The notes beneath the pieces were generated by a model. It had not been told where the DNA came from, ran no database searches, and worked only from the letters and a program-made list of their open reading frames with translations. A stretch of DNA of 59,596 nucleotides, from positions 44,718 through 104,313 of the forward strand of contig JAJZND010000025.1 of assembly GCA_021848025.1 (NCBI GenBank), written 5' to 3'. Shown piece by piece: positions 26,839 through 35,588 of this stretch. The stretch's first letter is position 1. Every line of letters starts with the position of its first letter. The translations under genes and the position numbers were made by a program. Origin of the DNA: Candidatus Micrarchaeota archaeon. Its GTDB lineage: Archaea; Micrarchaeota; Micrarchaeia; Micrarchaeales; CABMGC01.

Positions 26839-28485
26839 TTATGCATTTCTACTGACGATTTTGACTACTGCGGTGCTTTCAGTGCTATCCCATTTAATGC
26901 CGGAGCGGACGACAAACATTGCAGCTATTACAATGACCGACATGAGGAATAATCCGGCTGAGAATACCCACCCCCATATCGTCAAGCCCGCTAAGCCGCC
27001 GGTTGCATCAAGCACACCAGGATTATAGAAGGCGTAGATAAAGCCGGTGATCAGTGCAAATACGGTTACGGTAATCCCTGATGCTGCAATTTTCTTTCTT
27101 ACATCTTCTCTTCCCTGGAAGAAATCTACAGCAAGGAAGGCAAGAGTAACCATTGAGACTGCAAAGAGCGAGAAATACTGCAAATTGCCGAAGACTATGT
27201 CTACCGGAGTGCCGCTCAGGGTGGCTTCGTGAAATTCTATAAAGAATCCCTCGATGGGAGTAGCTATATATGCAATTATCCACATGGCCAATATTGAGAG
27301 CCGTATAGGGTCTTTCCATGCAGGTCTGTCCCTTATTTTAGTGAGCATGAGTGGGAGCAGCATTATCATTGCGCCGAGGCTGGCCAGGAACATCGTACTG
27401 TCATCCCCCGCCATTCCGTTAGCTGCGGTAAATGACCAGAGTTGGAGTGGACCTCCAGGATTGCTGGCAAATATTAATGGCGGGACGTATGCATCAAAAG
27501 CTTCGAACAGGAATACTACAGTCATAATCACCAGTCCGAATATGCTTACCAGAATTCCAAGTTTAGCAACGCTACTTCCCAATCCTTTCAGGTTCAATAC
27601 ATCGAATCTCTTAGCTGTAACGGCTACTATCCCGAGTATGATTGAGATGCCTATTACATGGGAATGCGATCCTATCAGTGCATCGAAAAATGCTGAAGCG
27701 CCGCCAAGCCATGCTTCATAGCCATTCAGGAATGCAGGTGCGGCTATGAAGATATGGTATGGGTTGATCCATAGCGCTATGAAGCCCATTATTCCTGCTA
27801 TAAACGTTACTACCACTGCAGTAAAGACAAGCCAGTATGCATAATCCATTTTCTTCAGGTCACTCCATGTTGGAAGCTGATTTAGCTTGGGAAACATCCC
27901 CATTGTGTTATCGTATGGATCGTATCTACCGGACTGCTTTGCAGGAAGCAGGTATAGCTGCACTATGAGCGCTCCTCCCACATCCGCAAGGAGTAGTAGT
28001 GCAGCAAACATTATAATGTCAGTTATAGGGGTTGTGGCTGCGTTGAAGATCGGAGATAAATAAAAGGCGGCTGCGATCGCCCCCAGAATAGTGGCGAGCA
28101 GCGCCCGGTATGCAATTGGGAAGTCTATGTTTGGCTCGTATTTATCTAGGTCGAAAGCCATAATCACGAAATACACCACCAATGCCGTGATCCCTATGGC
28201 AATTGAGTGGAAGAACATATCAGATGGGCCGAATGAAAATGAAGGAGGTATTGTGCCATCTGCATTAGGAACTACGCCCAGGAGGAACCAGAGAGCTGAC
28301 ATGACTCCAATTATAAGCAGCGTTATCCAAACGTATGTCTTCATGGAATGCTTGTAGCCTTTGTGCGGCATGTTGTACTTGTTTGGTGTTATGCCGCTCT
28401 CTCCGTATATATCATAATACTTTACTTCGAGGTCCCCGCTTTTACTCTCTGCTTCCAGCGCTATCACCCATGCCTGATTTGACAA
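26839..28485 (-). CDS. large polytopic membrane protein (about 14 or more helices), function unknown
   Basis: 548-aa ORF that is almost entirely hydrophobic helices, with few conserved-looking polar strings (GSHSHVIGISIILG, FHEATLSG). It is convergent with ctaB. Confidence 0.4.
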   Translation of the reverse strand: MSNQAWVIALEAESKSGDLEVKYYDIYGESGITPNKYNMPHKGYKHSMKTYVWITLLIIGVMSALWFLLGVVPNADGTIPPSFSFGPSDMFFHSIAIGITALVVYFVIMAFDLDKYEPNIDFPIAYRALLATILGAIAAAFYLSPIFNAATTPITDIIMFAALLLLADVGGALIVQLYLLPAKQSGRYDPYDNTMGMFPKLNQLPTWSDLKKMDYAYWLVFTAVVVTFIAGIMGFIALWINPYHIFIAAPAFLNGYEAWLGGASAFFDALIGSHSHVIGISIILGIVAVTAKRFDVLNLKGLGSSVAKLGILVSIFGLVIMTVVFLFEAFDAYVPPLIFASNPGGPLQLWSFTAANGMAGDDSTMFLASLGAMIMLLPLMLTKIRDRPAWKDPIRLSILAMWIIAYIATPIEGFFIEFHEATLSGTPVDIVFGNLQYFSLFAVSMVTLAFLAVDFFQGREDVRKKIAASGITVTVFALITGFIYAFYNPGVLDATGGLAGLTIWGWVFSAGLFLMSVIVIAAMFVVRSGIKWDSTESTAVVKIVSRNA

Positions 28486-28836
28486 TAAATCGGAAGGTAT
28501 AAATACATTTACATTTACAAGTGTACCTAATCTGGTATGGCAGTAGCAGATATTGTAGTTGAGATATTCTCCAGTGTACGTCTTTTCTTAAGCTCGGTGC
28601 TCCCGCCTGATCCGACTGAGAGCTATCTTACAAAAAGTAAAAGACGCTGCCTCTACCAAAACATGGGAAGTGTCTCTTTGTATTCTCTGCGCTTTGAAAT
28701 GCCGCTTATTTGATGAGTATATCCATGCCGCTGTTATATTCATTCCGGAGAGCCTTCGGGCAAAGTATTAAGAAATTAAAGAATAACTTTTTAGCAGGGC
28801 GTATCGATTAGATGTTTATCGCCTGAAATCAGCTGA

Positions 28837-30006
28837 GTGCATATGGAAATAATACTAGCTATTCTGGCACTGCTCTCATTTGCGTTGATACTTGGCAGTA
28901 TAGCTGAGAGGTTTGGAATACCTACAGTGGTGGGGAACATAATTGCCGGAATTGTTCTCGGGCCAGCGATATTCGGCCTGCTGAACTACAATAGCGGCTT
29001 GTCAGGAATCTCGGAGATGGCACTATTCTTCATAATGCTTCTGGTTGGAATAGAGGCGACAACACAGCTTCTTACAAAGCACATGAGGAGTGCAGTAATA
29101 TTGTCGACATCAAGCTTCATTGCGCCAGTATCGGTAATGATACTGATAGCTGCATTTGTTTTTCATCTTAATACTGCACAGGCGATAATTACTTCGATTG
29201 CAATAGGCGTACCTTCGATATCCATAATATCTGTTTTGGTAATGCGGTATAACCTTCTGGGAACGGAAGATGGAGCCAGAATAGTTTCAAGCGTTGTTCT
29301 TACTGACGTTATTGCATTTGTGGTACTGGCAGCTATAGGCGTCAGTTCGGTGCCTATTTATATAGTAATCATTTCTGTTCTCGCATTTGTCCTGGTACTT
29401 CTTGCCATAGATAGGGTGATACGCTATCACGCCGCATTTATCAGAAGGCGGCTGATTACCAAGTATCGGGCCAGAGGAGGGGAGGAATTGATCTTTGCAG
29501 GGATAATACTGATGGGCCTTATTGGTTCTGCAGTTCTTCAGATAGCAGGCATAACTTACGTGCTAGGGGCATTTTTTGTAGGGCTCCTTATACACGATGC
29601 GATTGTAGGCAAGCGTATATACGGCATACTGAAAAGAACTTTCAGCCGAATAACAAACAGCTTTTTTATACCCCTGTTCTTTAGCATTGCCGGCCTGCAG
29701 GTTGTCAGGCCGTCAAATTACCTGTGGCTTATGGTGCTGCTTATAATTGTGAGCGGATCAATAGGAGGAATACTTAGTTACCTTGCTGGTTCGAAATTAC
29801 TTAGAAAATTGAGGCCGGTTACCGCAGTAGCACTCCTTGGAAGCAGAGGAGCCGTGGGAATCATAATAGCAAATATAGCTTTACTTCAAGGCGATATAAA
29901 CGCTGACCTTTATTCAATAGTAATACTTGGCACGGTAATACTTTCCCTGATTCTGCCTACATTGATGGGCGGAGAAGACAATGTGATGCGCACGCGCTCA
30001 CATTAA
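28837..30006 (+). CDS. monovalent cation:proton antiporter (CPA2/Kef-NapA type)
   Basis: N-terminal LILGSIAERFGIPTVVGNIIAGIVLGP and EMALFFIMLLVGIE strings typical of Na+/H+ or K+/H+ exchanger family proteins. About 11-12 helices. Confidence 0.75.
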   Translation: MHMEIILAILALLSFALILGSIAERFGIPTVVGNIIAGIVLGPAIFGLLNYNSGLSGISEMALFFIMLLVGIEATTQLLTKHMRSAVILSTSSFIAPVSVMILIAAFVFHLNTAQAIITSIAIGVPSISIISVLVMRYNLLGTEDGARIVSSVVLTDVIAFVVLAAIGVSSVPIYIVIISVLAFVLVLLAIDRVIRYHAAFIRRRLITKYRARGGEELIFAGIILMGLIGSAVLQIAGITYVLGAFFVGLLIHDAIVGKRIYGILKRTFSRITNSFFIPLFFSIAGLQVVRPSNYLWLMVLLIIVSGSIGGILSYLAGSKLLRKLRPVTAVALLGSRGAVGIIIANIALLQGDINADLYSIVILGTVILSLILPTLMGGEDNVMRTRSH

Positions 30007-30239
30007 AGTGCGGGCAGCATATGAAATCGTATGCCGCAGGTATCAATTGCAAACGCTGATAGCAAGTTATGTGGGAGAAGATTGACTTGGCCTTGACTAT
30101 ACCAGTATTGCGTGTGGATCATGCATGTGGAATAGGTGGCAAAAAATCCATCGCACACTATACGCATCAGACATGCATAAACATTTGCGCAGACGCTTCC
30201 ATTCCGCATATATGGACTTGGAGCAAAACCTGATTAATT

Positions 30240-31286
30240 TTACTCCACCTTGCTGAATTCCCTTCCTCTGCTAGCCTGCCTTTCTATCATCCAATTAGGA
30301 TACATGATTTTAGGCTTTGTGATGGAATCAAGCTCCTCAAGCTGTTGCTTTGTCAGATTCACGTCCAGAGCAGCTATGTTCTCCTTGAGCTGTTCTATAG
30401 TCTTTGCACCGAGTATAATTATATTCTTCCTGGATAGCAGCCATGAAAGCGAGACTTGGGCAGGAGTTGCATCCTGCTCCTTTGCGATTTCTTTTACCTT
30501 CTCAACTACAGAGAAGCCTTTCTCGAAGTCGAATGGAGGGAAATTGTCCTTCCCCCATACTCCGCCTCGGCTTGCCATCCTTGTACCGGGTTTAGGCTGC
30601 GAGTCCTTGTCATATTTTCCAGACAGTATTCCTCCATGAAGCGGGCTCCATACCAAGAGAGTCATGTTGCTGTAGCTTAGAAATGGATAAACCTCATGCT
30701 CTATGTCCCTATTTAGAAGGCTGTAGTTCATCTGCGCTGTGTGGTAGCGCGAATAGCCTTTTGCTTCGCACTGTGCCTGCAGATATGCCATCTGCCATGC
30801 AGAGAAATTTGAGACTCCGGGATAGAGCACCTTACCCTGATCCACAAGCCCCTGCATAGCTTCGATAGATTCGCTTAGCGGAACATGCGCGTCCCAGCTA
30901 TGAAACTGATAAAAATCAACCCAGTCTGTCTTAAGCCTCTCCAGACTCTTTTTTATGCTTATTTCTATATGATGCTTGGAAAGGCCCACAGAATTTATTC
31001 CGGGACCCATTTTGCCCCTTACTTTTGTAGCCAGAAGAACCTGCTCCCTGTAATCCTTAAGTGCGTTGCCAAGAAGGGTTTCGCTGCCGCCTTCATCGTA
31101 AACATCTGCCGTATCGAAGAAATTGATACCAGCATCTATGCACTCCTTAACCATCTTATTGGCAAGTTCTTGGTTCACACCTGCAAGCTGCATAGTGTTC
31201 TTTGTTCCGAATGTCATTGCCCCGAATGCCAATACAGAGGAATAAGCTCCTGTGCTTCCGACTTTTATGTATCTCATGCTCGCCAT
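30240..31286 (-). CDS. aldo/keto reductase
   Basis: MRYIKVGSTGAYSSVLAFGAMTFG, FFDTADVYDEGGSETLLG, LATKV and DFYQFHSWD give the AKR catalytic D/Y/K/H tetrad context. The start was moved to the internal ATG at 31286. Confidence 0.85.
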   Translation of the reverse strand: MASMRYIKVGSTGAYSSVLAFGAMTFGTKNTMQLAGVNQELANKMVKECIDAGINFFDTADVYDEGGSETLLGNALKDYREQVLLATKVRGKMGPGINSVGLSKHHIEISIKKSLERLKTDWVDFYQFHSWDAHVPLSESIEAMQGLVDQGKVLYPGVSNFSAWQMAYLQAQCEAKGYSRYHTAQMNYSLLNRDIEHEVYPFLSYSNMTLLVWSPLHGGILSGKYDKDSQPKPGTRMASRGGVWGKDNFPPFDFEKGFSVVEKVKEIAKEQDATPAQVSLSWLLSRKNIIILGAKTIEQLKENIAALDVNLTKQQLEELDSITKPKIMYPNWMIERQASRGREFSKVE

Positions 31287-31604
31287 GCCAAACACATTCA
31301 ATATATCGCTTGAAAAATATAAAAGAGTGTGCCGCATTTCTGTTTCTTGGCAGAGTGCGCGCATTTGTTACGAAAAGACAGCGCATTATTCCGCACCTCT
31401 TCTCAGAAGGCAATTGAAAGGTCAGGTAAAATGGCATGCATTACGAATGCCATCTCTTTGCAGATACCTGCCATTGCGGGAAATATTCTACCATACAACA
31501 GGGATATCCTGAAAATGACGCATAAGAAATGCATTGCAATGATAATGCCTCTCATGGATAAGCGTAAAAAGATATATTTCTATTATCCATACGGGAGTAA
31601 ACCT

Positions 31605-32021
31605 ATGGCAAACACATGTCCCACGTTATCATTCATCCATGTATTAGGGATGAAATGGACAATTCCTATAATCGAAGAGTTATATTACTCCAGGGAGGGA
31701 ATGCAATTTAACGAGATACAGGTATCGCTGCGGAGCATAACCGCCAGAAACCTAAGCAAAAGTCTAAAGGTACTCCAGGATGAGTCTATCGTGGTAAAGC
31801 GCAGGACTGGTGCACGTGGAGATCAGCGCATTGTCTATCTTCTTACGCAGCGCGGAAAAGGGGCTGAAGAGGTTGTAAAAGCCATAAAGCAGGCAGGCTT
31901 GTCTTGGTATGGGTTGGGGCAGCACTGCACAAACACTAAATGCAGTACATGCACGGCCTTTATCTGTGGAGAGGCACAGCAGAGTTCCATGAAAGAGCAG
32001 GCGATTTTACACTCCAGGTAG
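31605..32021 (+). CDS. HxlR-family winged-helix transcriptional regulator with a Cys-rich tail
   Basis: CPTLSFIHVLGMKWTIPIIEELYYSREGMQFNEIQVSLRSITARNLSKSLKVLQDESIVVKR is the HxlR pattern. The start is set at ATG 31605. The tail is HCTNTKCSTCTAFIC. Confidence 0.75.
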   Translation: MANTCPTLSFIHVLGMKWTIPIIEELYYSREGMQFNEIQVSLRSITARNLSKSLKVLQDESIVVKRRTGARGDQRIVYLLTQRGKGAEEVVKAIKQAGLSWYGLGQHCTNTKCSTCTAFICGEAQQSSMKEQAILHSR

Positions 32022-32116
32022 CAGCTATCCAATTGGATACTTAATAGGCTAAATAAACCCAGCGCCAAGTATCTACTAAGATGCAGCGCAGTAGTTAGCA
32101 TGGAGGCACGGTACGG

Positions 32117-33589
32117 ATGGGTGTTTTGAAGAGAAAAAAGAGGCCGGGCAATTCCGTATTGGCAGATTTCCGTTCGGTAGCCAGTTTCTTTTACATAAAG
32201 AAAGTACCCTCGTACGGAAACAGCTTCTTCTTTACAATAGGCTTTTATCTCCTTGCACTATTCGGCCTTCTTGCCATTACCGGAATGGTAATGATGATAT
32301 TTGGGGTCCAATGGGGTTACACTTCCGGAATAGGCAACTTTGTACGCAGCGTGCATTTATGGGCTGCAGAGGCATTTGTTACGCTCATATTCATTCACCT
32401 GTTAGTGAACTTCTCTACCTCGATGTTCAAGCGGAGGAAGCTAGTCTGGATACTCGGCAGTGCGATGCTGTTCCTGGTTTTGCTAGAGTTTGCCTTCGGA
32501 ATCGCACTTCCAAACGATTTCGTCGCGCAAGTCAATGCCAGATCCGGCGCAGACCTATGGAATGGAATGGGACTGGGATTCTGGATAAACCCGCTAAACA
32601 GGAATGCGGTTCTGGGATGGCATATAGCAATAGTGCCTTTGTTGCTTGTTATTCTGATGTTCACACATTATATTCTTGTGAAAAATAAAGGCATAAGCAC
32701 GCCTTACAGGAAAGATATACCGTACAGCATGGTCGCTGCAGATCACAAAGCCATGTACAGGCGCACCGGATACATCTTTGCTATTGTACTGCTATTCGCA
32801 CTGCTGTTACATGCTCCATACTCCCCTCCGATGACCATGCAGTCATGGGCAAAATCATCGCCAGATACCTTTGCGCTTACGCTTCTTAGCGAATTTAACT
32901 ACAGCTCAGGAACAGCCACATACCTGGATACTATAAATCCGTATAGGTTCAGCACCAGGGAAGTGTACGTTACGGAACCATACGATGAATACATAAACGC
33001 AACGCATCAGCCGAATGAGCTGCAGGCATTCCTTCTCGAAACTCCTGCAGAACAGAATGCAAGCATATCAGAGGCGTTCGGGTATTTCAGCGGCAACGCT
33101 GCATTCCCGCAGGGCCAGAACCAGACAGATCCACTGATAAGCGTAATGGAAACCCTGACAGGGATGGCACAGAGCGGCATATACGGCCCGGTTCTCAGAT
33201 CTGAGTCTTCTAGCTCATCCAACAGTACTTACTCTCTCCTCTTACTCTCTGATTCGGAGGCGTTCGATAACGAGACCACAGAAAACGGACTGCAGGTGTC
33301 GCAACTAGGCATGCTTAGCATAGGAAATGGCGCCTTATGGCAGCAGTATATGATGTATTGGCTTCTGCCGTATAATATCATGGAGATTGCAACTTCTGGA
33401 ATATCATGGTGGAACGACCTGCAGAACGGTACTGTAGCTCTGATTGCATTCGCCATACTGATGTTTCTTCCGTATATACCTTACCTGAGAGACGTGCCTG
33501 ACAGATTTAAGCTCTACAAGCTCTTCTGGAACGGCTCCACAGTGCCGGAGCTTAGATCCCAGAAAGGCAAAGGCAGGAAAAAGATATGA
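32117..33589 (+). CDS. cytochrome b-like membrane protein (N-terminal di-heme cytochrome b core) fused to a long C-terminal region
   Basis: His pairs sit in helices with cytochrome b-like context (VRSVHLWAAEAFVTLIFIHLLVNF and LGWHIAIVPLLLVILMFTHYILV). About 250 additional residues follow, ending in further helices. Confidence 0.55.
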   Translation: MGVLKRKKRPGNSVLADFRSVASFFYIKKVPSYGNSFFFTIGFYLLALFGLLAITGMVMMIFGVQWGYTSGIGNFVRSVHLWAAEAFVTLIFIHLLVNFSTSMFKRRKLVWILGSAMLFLVLLEFAFGIALPNDFVAQVNARSGADLWNGMGLGFWINPLNRNAVLGWHIAIVPLLLVILMFTHYILVKNKGISTPYRKDIPYSMVAADHKAMYRRTGYIFAIVLLFALLLHAPYSPPMTMQSWAKSSPDTFALTLLSEFNYSSGTATYLDTINPYRFSTREVYVTEPYDEYINATHQPNELQAFLLETPAEQNASISEAFGYFSGNAAFPQGQNQTDPLISVMETLTGMAQSGIYGPVLRSESSSSSNSTYSLLLLSDSEAFDNETTENGLQVSQLGMLSIGNGALWQQYMMYWLLPYNIMEIATSGISWWNDLQNGTVALIAFAILMFLPYIPYLRDVPDRFKLYKLFWNGSTVPELRSQKGKGRKKI

Positions 33590-33598
33590 TTATGATGG

Positions 33599-34246
33599 TT
33601 GATTAACATGGCTACAGGAATATTTGCATCGCAATTCTCTGCTATACTGACATCGGTGATTACGCTCCTGCTGTCGGCTGGGCTCTCCATAACCATAACT
33701 AGGAGATATGTCATTAAGAGACATGCATCGCTTGCATTCTGGGCAGCCGGACTATGGCTCTTCTCGATAGGAGTGCTTATGGAACTGATATTCGCTTTTG
33801 GTGCGTATTCAGACATAATGATGAAGGCGTATCTGCTTATCGTGGCGGTGCTGGTCGAGCTCCTCGCACTCGGTTCCATGCAATTGTCCAGATCAAGGCC
33901 CATGAAACGTGCTTACTATGCCTTTGTCCTTGCCTCTACAGTATTCCTCTTATACTCGATTCTTGAATCCAGCATGAACAACATGATTATCGATTACGTG
34001 GTAGCAGGCCAGCCGCCTGTTCTGGTTACCATCGCATCTACCCTGGTAACGGTTCCTGCAGCAATCGTACTTGTGGCAACCGCGTACGTATCTTATAAAG
34101 CCAGGAAGGACATACGCATGCTCAGCATAATAGCAGGTGTTATCATAGTCAGCGTATCAGGCGCTCTCTACATAGTACAATATCCAGCATTCCTTTATCT
34201 GGCCGAGGTAATCGGGATAGGATTATTGTGGTATGGATTTGTATAA
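33599..34246 (+). CDS. integral membrane protein, function unknown
   Basis: 215-aa ORF with about 6-7 hydrophobic helices, 10 nt downstream of the cytochrome b-like gene. Confidence 0.35.
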   Translation: MINMATGIFASQFSAILTSVITLLLSAGLSITITRRYVIKRHASLAFWAAGLWLFSIGVLMELIFAFGAYSDIMMKAYLLIVAVLVELLALGSMQLSRSRPMKRAYYAFVLASTVFLLYSILESSMNNMIIDYVVAGQPPVLVTIASTLVTVPAAIVLVATAYVSYKARKDIRMLSIIAGVIIVSVSGALYIVQYPAFLYLAEVIGIGLLWYGFV

Positions 34247-34351
34247 GCCCATACGGGAGGATTCGTTACTGATATGCAGGCTTGACCTCTACCTTAGGTC
34301 CCAACCCGTAATCGTCTTGGTGCGCTTGCGGGCTTGCCACTTAAATTAGCG

Positions 34352-34395
34352 TCGAGTTCTTGATAAAACTTCTTCCCAAGAAGTTTTATGGACTC
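34352..34395 (+). other. long intergenic hairpin (perfect 12-bp stem, 3-nt loop, extended by a 5-bp outer stem)
   Basis: CGAGT-tcttg-ATAAAACTTCTT-ccc-AAGAAGTTTTAT-gg-ACTCG. The perfect core spans 34362-34388. It lies between two plus-strand genes. Confidence 0.6.
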
Positions 34396-34491
34396 GGCGT
34401 CCTTGCAGCTTTTCATGCAGTCCATCAGAAAGCATTATATAACAAAAACTTGCATTAGCTAATGCGTATGTCGGACTGGTGAATCTTATTT

Positions 34492-35349
34492 ATGGAGATA
34501 AAGGAAATTAAGGCAAAAAACATTATAGTCAAGTCAAAGCTGCCAGATGCTGATTATGTAGTAAATCCATACACGGGATGCGAGTTTGGCTGCATATACT
34601 GTTATGCCAGCTTTATGGGCAGGTTTGTAAACGAGAGGATAGATAATTGGGGGAATTATGTTTATGTGAAGATTAATGCTGTTGAGTTGTTCAATAAGGA
34701 GATAGACAAAATTCCTGATAAAGACACAACTATCCTGCTAAGTTCTGTAACTGATCCATATCAAGGCATCGAATCAAAATACGGATTAACTAGAGGTATT
34801 CTGGATATAGTAGCCCGCAAACAATACGAGGGCAATATAGGCATCCTTACCAAGTCTTCCATGGTAACCCGTGATGTGGATGTCCTGAAAAAGATACCGA
34901 ATGCTGATATCGGCATGACCATAACCACAACCGATGATGAATTGGGCCGTTTTCTAGAACTACGCGCAACTGCAACAAGCATGAGGATAAAAACGCTTAG
35001 TGAATTGAACAAGGCAGGATTACGTACGTATGCGTTTGTAGGACCTTTATTACCCCACTTCAGATATAAACCAGAACTATTGGATAACCTATTCGCAAGC
35101 CTGGTCGAAGCAGGCGTCAACCAAGTTTATATTGAACACATAAACCTCAGTCCCTACATTAAAAAGCGGATGTTTGAGTCTTTAGAAGGCAATAAGGAAT
35201 TGCAGGAAGTTTATGCCGATGCCTCTACGGATAGGCACAGAAACGCGCTCGATAAAATTGTAAAGGAGCAACTGCACAAACACGGGTTAGGGCTTAGGTT
35301 AAATGATGTGCTCTATCACCATAAGGAAGCTGAAAAAGACGTTTTATGA
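34492..35349 (+). CDS. radical SAM protein (SplB/DNA-photolyase-like family)
   Basis: CxxxCxxC cluster motif in NPYTGCEFGCIYCYASF. The size and TIM-barrel-like alternation are typical of the family. Confidence 0.75.
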   Translation: MEIKEIKAKNIIVKSKLPDADYVVNPYTGCEFGCIYCYASFMGRFVNERIDNWGNYVYVKINAVELFNKEIDKIPDKDTTILLSSVTDPYQGIESKYGLTRGILDIVARKQYEGNIGILTKSSMVTRDVDVLKKIPNADIGMTITTTDDELGRFLELRATATSMRIKTLSELNKAGLRTYAFVGPLLPHFRYKPELLDNLFASLVEAGVNQVYIEHINLSPYIKKRMFESLEGNKELQEVYADASTDRHRNALDKIVKEQLHKHGLGLRLNDVLYHHKEAEKDVL

Positions 35350-35415
35350 CACCGCAAAACTTTCTATTAACCTGAAAAGGAAGTCCATCACATCCTGCCA
35401 CGAAGGAAATGTTAG

Positions 35416-35517
35416 TGGACTCGGCGGGATTCGCACCCGCGGCCTTTTCGTATTTCGATGAAGCCTTTGGAAAAGGCTTCTTGCGAACGAAACGCGCTGC
35501 TGCTGCGCTACGAGCCC
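35416..35517 (-). tRNA. tRNA-Ala (anticodon CGC) with a ~30-nt intron at the canonical 37/38 position
   Basis: Acceptor GGGCTCG/CGAGTCC with the Ala identity pair G3:U70. D arm GCGC-AGCAGCA-GCGC; anticodon stem TTTCG...CGAAA interrupted after TTCGCA; T arm GCGGG-TGCGAAT-CCCGC. The intron (about 35452-35481) contains a 9-bp hairpin GAAGCCTTT/AAAGGCTTC. No CCA is encoded. Confidence 0.8.
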
Positions 35518-35588
35518 TCTTGATAAATAAGTTATCACTCTTATTTATGCTTTTTATTTGTTTACTTTATAATAATTACTGCGCTTAT

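Noticed and set aside
26839-28485. Interpretation of the 548-aa membrane protein as heme-copper oxidase subunit I, because it neighbours ctaB
   Set aside because: I could not find the expected conserved His-ligand strings of subunit I, so it is left as an unknown membrane protein.
30003-30209. 68-aa minus-strand ORF between the antiporter and the aldo/keto reductase
   Set aside because: It is short, Cys/His-rich and of odd composition, with no motif. It lies in the terminator region of two convergent genes.
31329-31604. N-terminal 92 codons of the 230-aa ORF that contains the HxlR regulator
   Set aside because: The HxlR pattern starts at MANTCPT (31605). The upstream part overlaps the start and promoter of the divergent aldo/keto reductase and has no regulator-like features.
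35409-35588. N-terminal 60 codons of the 520-aa ORF that contains cca
   Set aside because: This stretch overlaps the tRNA-Ala gene on the opposite strand. CCA-adding-enzyme similarity begins only after the ATG at 35589.
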